NCBI GenBank assembly: GCA_002104945.1
Contig: MCFH01000053.1
Span: 124,001-188,000, forward strand
Length of the DNA: 64,000 bases
DNA from: Piromyces finnis finn
Taxonomy: Eukaryota > Fungi > Neocallimastigomycota
Direction of reading: 5' to 3'
Both the position numbers and the translations under genes were made by a program. Below are positions 54,637 to 64,000 of the stretch, piece by piece. The notes beneath the pieces are model-generated. The model saw only the letters and a list, made by a program, of their open reading frames with translations. It made no database searches and had not been told where the DNA came from. The stretch's first letter is position 1. Each line of letters opens with the position of its first letter.

Positions 54637-56745
54637 ATGACTGTCGATTTATCAGAAGGAGAAAAACTTATTAAAACTTCTCCAGAAGCTGCTGTAGAAT
54701 TCTACAAAAATGTTCTCTCAACAACTTATGGTTAATATATCAAAAATTAATTATTAATTATACATTTTAGTAAAAATGAATCATACATGATTCAGAATAA
54801 TAGATATTTAAATAACACACAACAATAAAAATATAAAAATACAATTATTTAATTTATATTAAAATAATGATTATAAATTGTTCAAATAAATAAAATATAA
54901 CATTAATATTAATAATAAAAATTATTTATTAGATTTCATAAACTACATACAATTCTCAAATGATAAATAATAAATATTGTATATTATGTATTTTATTTTT
55001 AAATTTACATTTATTTAGATTCTAAGGAAGAAAATGCAAGAGCTAAGGAAATTGCAATAATTAAACTTGGTGAAATATACAGTGAACAAAAGTTTGTTTT
55101 ATAAATTTTTTAAATGTATTTTATAAATACTTTTGTTAGGTTAATTAGTATTAAAATTTTTATATAATTTATTATTTTATATAAAGAAAACCAAATGAAT
55201 TATCTGAATTAATTAGATCTTCAAGAAACTTTTTAATTTCAATTCCAAAGGCAAAAAGTGCAAAAATTGGTAATTTTCTTATATAAAACATGAAATAAAA
55301 ATGGTGATACATTACTTTCTCGTTACTGAATTGAAAATATAATTTACTTATAATAATTTAATATATAGTAAGAACATTGATTGATCTTTTTGCAAAAATT
55401 GAAAATACTTTAATTCAACAAGTTGAAATCTGTAAAGAATCAATTGAATGGGCTATTTCTGAAAAGAGAGTCTTTTTAAAGCAATCTTTACAAACTCGTC
55501 TCATTTCTTTGTAAATATAAATATAGCAATTATTAAACAAATTAAATTGTTTTTATAAAAAGTATCAAAAAAATATTAAATTCTATTTTATATATTAAAA
55601 GATATTTAGATAATAAAATGTATCATGAAGCATTAGCATTAATTGATGAATTATTAAAGGAATTAAAGCGCTTAGATGATAAAAATGTATTAATGGAAGT
55701 TCAACTTTTAGAAAGTAGAGTTTGTCACGCATTACGTAATTTCCCAAAGTCAAGAGTATGAATAAAATAATAAATAATTTTATAAATATATATATATATA
55801 TTTATAATTTATTAACGAGTACAAACACATAATTTTTCAGGCTGCATTGACATCAGCAAGAACATCTGCTAATGCAATTTATTGTCCACCTTTAATGCAA
55901 GCTGCTCTTGATTTACAATCTGGTATTTTACATGCTGAAGAAAAAGACTATAAAACTGCGTATGTTATTTTTATTTGTTATATTTATATACAAAGTATTT
56001 AACTTAATTAAATAGAAAGTTATATTTTTATTTTAAATTATTAACATTTAATCAAATGTTTTAAATTTATTTACGATATAATAATAGTTATTCATACTTC
56101 TATGAAACATTAGAAGGTTATTCTTCTCAAGATGATCCAAGAGCTGTATTAGCTTTAAAATACATGCTTCTTTGTAAAATCATGCTTAACTTAGTAAGTA
56201 GTTATCCCATTTATTGAATATATAAATTATATATTACTAATAAGTTTTTAATGAATATTATAAAAAATAGTCTGATGATGTTATGACTATTACTAGTTCA
56301 AAACTTGCTGATAAATATCAAGGTAGAAGCATTGAAGCTATGATCGCTATTGCTACAGCTCACAAAAATAGATCTTTAAAGGAATTCGAAAAAGCTTTAA
56401 ATTCATATCAAGATGGTAATTAAATATATTTATAAATATATAGTATCTCTTATAAATATGTTAATTATTATATTAATATTTATTAATAATACTATCGTAA
56501 ATTATAAATTATATAATATCTAAAAAATAATTATTTTAAAAAAAAATAATAAAGAACTTGGAAATGATATAATCATTCGTTCACACTTAGGAACTTTATA
56601 TGACACACTTTTGGAACAAAACTTATCAAAAATTATTGAACCATTCTCATGTGTTGAAATTGAACATGTTGCAAAATTAATTGATCTTCCAGCTTCACAA
56701 GTTGAATCAAAGTAATTTATTTATAAATATAAAATTAAATGAATA

Positions 56746-56791
<46 letters not shown>

Positions 56792-57180
56792 AAATATAAT
56801 TATATTATAATTATAATTATGCTTAAAATAATAAATAGGTTATCACAAATGATTCTTGATAAAGTCTTCAGTGGTATTCTTGATCAAGGTGCTGGTTGTT
56901 TAATAGTATTTGAAGAACCACCAATTGATGTAAATATATCATAGTTATTTTAATAATTAAAAATTAATTATGAAATTAATAAACTAATTATTTTATTTAA
57001 ATTAACTATTAAAAAGAAAACATATGAAACTGCTCTTGAAACTATAAAAAGTATGAGTAGTGTTGTTGAATCATTATATGACAAGGTAATGGCAATATAA
57101 ATAATGATTATTATATAAAATTAAAAAAATAATACTAATAAAATGATATTTTTGAACTTTAGGCTGCCCAATTAAACTAA
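54637..57180 (+). CDS. RPN6: 26S proteasome lid subunit Rpn6 (PSMD11), multi-exon
   Basis: [127 protein letters not shown]; last exon AAQLN* at 57163-57180. Confidence 0.95.
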
Positions 57181-58184
57181 ATACTTTAAGAAAGCAAACT
57201 AATAATAAAATAAGAATATTAATTAATATCAAATATACATTATTCATAGCAAATTGTGCATAACTACAGTAAATAAAAATCATCAATTAAAAAAGAAAAA
57301 ATTATAATAAAAATTAAAATAAAATTAATATAAAAACTAAAATAAAATAAAACTAAATAATAATAATAAAAATAATAATAATAAAAATAATAATAATAAT
57401 AATAAATTTAAAGTTTTATTTAATAACTCACAGTAATGCCTTGGTTATGTTTATATTATTAATTTATATTTTATAATAAATATAAAATATTTATATCAAA
57501 TATATATTAAAAATAAAATCAAATAAATAAAATAAAAAAAAAAAAAAAGAAAGAAAAATTATATGAAATATACAAAAAGTGCATTATTAACCTCCTTGTA
57601 TATATTGATAAAAAAAAAGAAAAAAAGAAAGAAATTTATTTTATTTATTTTTCAAAGATATATAAACTTAATATTAAAAAATAAAAAACTGTACATACAC
57701 ATTATTAATTATGTTAAAAGAAGATTTTTTAGTTTTATTATATTTACTGGGTTTTGTATTATAATAATATTGTCATAATTGTATTTTTTAATAATGTAAT
57801 TATCTTACATATTATATTTAATTATAACTTTTTTTAGTAAATTATTATGTAAATTATAAAATTTTAAATTATAATATTATTTTATATTATTTATATTATA
57901 ATTAAATTATGTAAAAAAAAAAGTGTAAAAATAGTAAAAAATAATAATAATAATAATATGTATTATTTATTATAAAATTAATTAGTATATAATATAATCA
58001 TTAATATATAAAAGAAATTTTATCAAAATTAAAAAGTTTGAACATTGTTATATTGTTTATTTCGTTTATTTCAATTAAAATACAGAAAAAAATAATGATA
58101 TTTTGAATAATTAGAGAATAACTCATTAATAAAATAAAAAAAATCAAAATAATATTTTGTTGAATAAAATAAAGTACAGAAAAA

Positions 58185-61100
58185 ATGTTCAACAATGAGA
58201 ATAATAATGAAAGTAATACAAAGTTAAGTCACCATGTTTTTCAAATTAATAGAAAAGAACCAAATTTTGATCATTCAAAAGGAAATACAAAGTATGTAAA
58301 AAAAGATATGAATATAAACATTGATGATGATGATGATGAAATAAATAATTACACAAATGATACATCTAGCAGTTATTCAATTTCTGCATTTGATTCTTTA
58401 AAAAATTATAGAAAATCAGTCAGTCCAGGAAATAGTAGAAGCAGTGTAAAAATCAATTATAAAGATAATTATGATTTCAATTATAATAATGATAATAGTT
58501 CAAATAATAAAAACATGAATATTTCTAATGATGAAAATCACATTTATCATGAAAGTACAAGTAATAATAGTATTCCTTTATCAGATAATTTTATAAATGA
58601 AAATGAAAATGAAAAAATATATATACAAGATAATAAAAACATGGAAAATAATAAAGAAAATGATATAGAGTATAAAATTAATCTTTCAAATGAGAAATTT
58701 AGAGTAATTCCGAGAAATAATAATGATGAAGAACAATTTAATGAATTATATATTAATAAAGCCTATATTTTGAAAAAATTTGATAAGATGATGGTATATA
58801 TTTATTTTAAAATTTAGTGAAAAAAAATATATGAAACTGAGCTATTCTTATAAAAATTAATTAATTTTTAGGATGATTTAGGTTTAACAACGGAAGGAAG
58901 AATGACATTAATGAATTTATCACTAGAGAAAAAATGGGAAATATTCAGAATGCAAAAAGTAATATAAATAATAATATGTAGTCTTTATTTTTCATTCTAT
59001 TTTGTTAATTAAACATTTAATAAATAATATAAATTATTTTAGGATAAAATAAATAATGAATGCAATAACCCAAATATTAATTCTAGTTCATATGACAACT
59101 CTCCAAAATATTTTATTAATCTATTAAAGAAAAACAGTATTAATACAAAGATGTTAACCAAACTACGTTTTATGATTTCAGATGATTCTTCAAAGTATAA
59201 TTATTATAATTTAATATAATTTTATAATTTAAAGTTATATATTTATATTAATGAAATTCAATTAAAAATTATAATTATTAATTTTTTTCAATAAAGTTGG
59301 TTGACAAATTTCATCAAATTAGGAGGTTATTACTACTTAAATAAAAATATTATGGAAATTGTGATAAAAGATATAAAGTAAATATATTAATAATATAATA
59401 ATATATTAATATATTCACACATTTTGACTAACCCTTAAAATTTATCAAATAAAATTTTTTTAGATGCAGTAAAGATTGGATAAATCATGAAAATTTAGTT
59501 AGATGTATTCGTGGTTTTTTCCATAGCAGGGTATATATATAATTTTTTTTTTCGGCATTTGGTTCTTTTATAAAAATCTTTTTTCTATTTTTTTTTTATT
59601 TACTGATGTTTAATATTTTATTTATTTTAATTAAATAAATATTTATTTCTTTACAATTTAAAGATTGGATTAGAAACACTTTATTCAGATCCAACACCTT
59701 TATTGTTAATAACATTATCATTATTTTATCATCAATTAATACATCTAAAAAAAAATGTTAATTATGATAATTCAGTTCAATCAATATTTTTATCATCTTC
59801 TACTGTATTACCACTTTCAAATAGAGTATTGATTTTGGATATGCTTTCTTATTTAACAAAAATTGAAACACCTTTAGGATGGAATATGGTATTAGATGCG
59901 ATGCATTGGGTATCACTTGGAAATGGAAATAAAATTGTTTATTTGGAAGATATTAAAAATAGACTCTTGTTATCAAAAGAAAAATTTAAACAAAATATTC
60001 ATTCAAAAAAGAATTTAAAAAAAGGAACATTAAAATCATTCAATTTTTCATCACTATCAATTATTCCTAAAAATCTATTAAAGCAAACATCATTTATATC
60101 ACAAAAAGGAAAAACTTTAAAAGGAATAAACGATAAAAATAAATTCAATAAAGAAATAACTAATTCCCAGAGTTTCATTAGTAATTCATCAAATGTTAGT
60201 AATTTAGATTTAACATTTTCTGAAATGTTTACAGATGAGTTTTCTTATCACTTAGCATTTACATTACTACAAGAAGAATACCAATTGCAAGGATATCAAG
60301 ATTTCAACAAAGAATCAATTGGTTTTTATCAAAAGTTAAATAGTCAAAGTAATAGCTCAGATATTTCATCATATAATCAAGAATCAAATATAACATCCTT
60401 AGAGGATTTGAGTCATGATGACTATTATACAAAGCAAAATTCATCTTTATTAAAACAGCATCAAGCCGAATTAACTTTACCAAGAAACAGGAAAATTAAT
60501 ATTTTTTCTCAAAATAATAATGAATCAAACTTAATAGATGCTTCATCATCATTATCAGTACCTAATTTAACTATTAAAAAACAACCTATAAAAGAGAATT
60601 CATACAATGAAAATGATACATCTTCTAATAATTCGGACTACTTAAATAGTCAATATACTATGAACAGTGAATCTACTATAGCAAATAATTCTTTGAACTA
60701 TTTAAGCAGCAATGTTTCATTAAATGATACTGAAAGTGAATTAAAAAAGTATAATATAAAGTATCAACATCAAATTAAAAAAGTTCAAGTTAACCAATCA
60801 GCATATAATAGCATAAATGATAACAATAAGAATTTATATGCAAATGTTCCAAAATTCTGTCCATTCACATTTTGGATGAAAGATTTTGAAGAGTGTGCTA
60901 AAGAATATAATCAGTTATTTTTAGGAAATAACTTATCTTCTAAAATTATATATAATACAATAGCTAATAAAACATACCGTTGGACCCCTATGATGGCAAC
61001 AACAAAGGAAGCAGTTAGTCAAGAACAAGCTATTAATTATATAGTAAATATATTAATATTTTTTAGATTTATGAAATTTTTAATATTTTGTGTAATTATA

Positions 61101-62090
61101 TATAATTTATTGATAATATAAATTAATGCCTTTTTACTTTTGAGTGTTCAAATTTACATTTATTATTAAGTATATTAAATAATGTTCCAGAGCAAACAGC
61201 TCAAAACCGATTAGCAATCATCAAATGCTTAAAACTATGCAGAATTGATAAAATATTCCAAGTAATAAACATATTATATAAACATATAAATATAACGTTC
61301 TTTACATTATTAATTGATATCCTTAAAATATGTTATATTATTAATTCTAGAAATTAAGTCAATCTAAAAATACAGATGTACTCAATTTAATAAATCTATG
61401 CATTAAGAAAGATTTAGCTAAAAATTTAGAAGATTTTTCATTATCAATATTTCAAATGAAAGATCATTATAATTTATATGGAACTAGCTCAATAAAGTCG
61501 ATTTCAAAAAATAAAGATTACAATGGTATCAAGAATCTTTCACGTAAAATATTAGTGAAAAAGAAAAAACATGCAAGCATGAACAATATCATTGATAATT
61601 GTGATTTTGATAAAAATTGTAATATAATTATAGATTTTTCATTGTTTATTGATTGCTTTAATATACATTATTAATTATTTTAATTTTTACTACTTTTTTT
61701 TTTTTTTAGCATGTAACATTAATGAAGGTTATACAATAATAAACCAAGACATGGATTTAAACGAAATGAAAAGTAACACATTTTCTTTTGGAGATCGCTC
61801 AAAATTATTTAGTATTCAAAATGGTAAGATATTAGTGTATAATAATATCTTAATAATAACAAAATAATTAATTTAATAATAATTATATATAAATCACTAT
61901 AGATAAAAATCGTCTAAATTCTATAAAATATAACAGTGAATCATATAATAAAATAGCTTCTTCAATTAATACTTTAAATGTTACTGATAGTTATGAATCA
62001 GTTTCAAGTGAAATAGATAGTAGTCATTTATCTCTTGCTCATAAAAGTCAAGTTATAGGAAGATCAAGTGCTAGAAAAATAAAAATTTGA
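58185..62090 (+). CDS. Formin-type GTPase-binding (GBD/FH3) armadillo-like protein lacking FH1/FH2 domains
   Basis: Spliced FDKMMDDLGL..RMTLMNLSLEKKWEIF, SPKYFINLL, LTKLRFMIS..SSWLTNFIKLGGY, LVRCIRGFF..IGLETL, RVLILDMLSYL..GWNMVLDAM match the Drf_GBD/FH3 pattern. No poly-Pro or FH2 before TGA 62088-62090. Confidence 0.65.
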
Positions 62091-63087
62091 TGACTTTATG
62101 ATTCCGATATTTCAATATCTTTATAATTCATAAAAATAAAAATTAAATAATATCATTATTCATATATATATATATATTTAAACTAGATTTTATAGATAAA
62201 TATTATAATTAGATTTGTTTTATTTAAGGGGTTTTAATTTAGTAAAAAACTTCTTTATAAATATCAATTGTTTTAATCTTAAAAATAAAAATAAAATAAA
62301 ACTATAGAAATATTAAATAAATATTACAATAAGAATTAAAATAAAATATTTTACTTTTTTTTTTTTTAATTACAAGTTAATTTTTTTTTTATATATTATT
62401 AAAAATCATATTTTTATATGGAAATAAAAAATAATACAGCATAACTCTTATTAATAAAGCTAAATTAAAGCAGTTTAATGTATAATAAGAAAGAAAATCT
62501 TATTTCTTTATTTTTATAAAAAAATTATTTATTTTTTTAAATTTGTAAAATTCTAACCTTTAAATAATTTCACAAAACAGAAAAAGACCAATAAATAATT
62601 TTTTATACTTTTTAATAATAGGATCTTTTTAATTCAAATAAAAGTAAAAGAATTAGTAAATTAAAAAGAAAATAAACAAAATTTTTCATTTTCTTTTTTT
62701 TTTCTTTTTTTTTTTTTTTTTTTCATACATACTATATATTTTTAAATAAAATAAATAAAATTACCAATATTAATAAAATATTTAAACTTTTTACATTTAA
62801 TAAAAATAATTAAAATTAAACAAAAAAAAAATAAAGATTTATAAACCATTATTACAATATAAAAGAAAACAAAATAATACTAAACAAAGAAAATAAAGAA
62901 TAAACATAAAAATAAAAAAGTAAATTAAATAAGATAAACAAAAAGTTAAAAAAATAATAATAAAAATAATAAAAATAAAAAGTAAGTATATATAAAAAAG
63001 ATTTTTAATATCCCTTAATTTACACATAACCAATTTTTATTAATATTATTTAATAATAAATAAAATGGAATTAGATATTATATTAAA

Positions 63088-63803
63088 ATGAATATTAATG
63101 TTAAAGAAACTCTTGAAAAAATAAAAAAATGGTTTTTTTTAATGCCATCTGGTACTAAGGCCATTTTTATATCTGTACTCTCTTTTTACATTTTAAAAAT
63201 CTTTTGGGCAGATGAGGTTGAAGATACATGTATAAATCCAAATATAATGTGGAGTCATATTATTACTGCTTGTAAGCTATACATAAATAATAATTATTCT
63301 ATATTTTAATGCATTAGTATTAATATATATCTTTTAATAAAAATGAAAAAAAAAAAATTCTTATCACTTCAATAGTGCCAAGATATATTCTCCATTCGTA
63401 ATAATTATATATTATAATCAAATTTATTAAAGTAATTTTGTTTTATTCATTAACATTATTTTCCTTTTCCTCTATTTTTATTCATAATTTTAATAATAAA
63501 GATTTGTTCATTCAAATATTCTTCACATTGTTTTTAATTCAATTGCATTAATTCATTTCTCATCAAATTTTGAAAAACATGTTGGAAGCGTTTTATTAGT
63601 ATATATTGTACTTTTATTTACAGTATTAATTGCAATATTATATTCATTTACAGCTCAACTCTTATCAATTTTCTTCATCAACAAATGGATGAATACTTGT
63701 ACTATTGGTATTTCAGGTGTATTATTTTCATTCATTACAATTGAAAGTCTTCAGAATGAAACTATTAAATAGTAAGTATTTATAATTAATAACCAAAAAT
63801 TTC

Positions 63804-63901
<98 letters not shown>

Positions 63902-64000
63902 TGAAATATAAATATTTATAATATAATATATATATATTTTATTTTTTTTTATTTTAAAGTATTAATGGATATGAAATTCCATCTAAATACAATCCATGGA
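63088..64000 (+). CDS. Rhomboid-family intramembrane protease (RHBDD1/RBL-like), partial, continues beyond the window
   Basis: Spliced LPRYILHSFVHSNILHIVFN (HxxxxHxxFN) and CTIGISGVLFS (GxSG catalytic Ser motif), with several TM segments. Confidence 0.8.
63805..63900. repeat. (AAT)n microsatellite, about 32 units, in a rhomboid intron
   Basis: Direct reading. Confidence 0.95.

Overview
Eukaryotic, extremely AT-rich, intron-dense genomic DNA. Composition, short AT-rich GT-AG introns, long (AAT)n tracts and gene content point to an anaerobic gut fungus (Neocallimastigomycota); this is inferred, not database-checked. I reconstructed about 15 host genes by hand-splicing: the 3' end of a MECR/ETR1-like enoyl reductase, a Cdc11-type septin, a CXorf58-like protein, an SLC10/BASS transporter, a solute-binding-protein/class C GPCR fusion, an RCC1-repeat protein, a 3xCCCH protein, a SelK-like Cys-tail membrane protein, a bacterial-type flavin-reductase/PCP_red protein, a citrate synthase, RFC3, INTS2, YTH1/CPSF30, RPN6, a formin-GBD-only protein and a partial rhomboid. 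There is also one full-length single-ORF LINE (12650-17140), a diverged 3' LINE relic near 0.9-1.2 kb and several simple repeats. The most interesting signals are: (1) a probably horizontally acquired bacterial flavoprotein gene that appears to have gained a 3' intron and a tail-anchor exon the ORF track misses; (2) a citrate synthase with a canonical PTS2 peroxisomal signal in a presumed hydrogenosome-bearing anaerobe; (3) an intact 1496-aa LINE ORF with an RRM-like N-terminus whose RT catalytic motif reads FVDN, via two CpA/TpG-type transitions; (4) an Integrator INTS2 in a fungus; (5) a Cys-terminated SelK-like protein. No rRNA, tRNA or CRISPR array was seen. All exon boundaries are manual and need RNA-seq confirmation.
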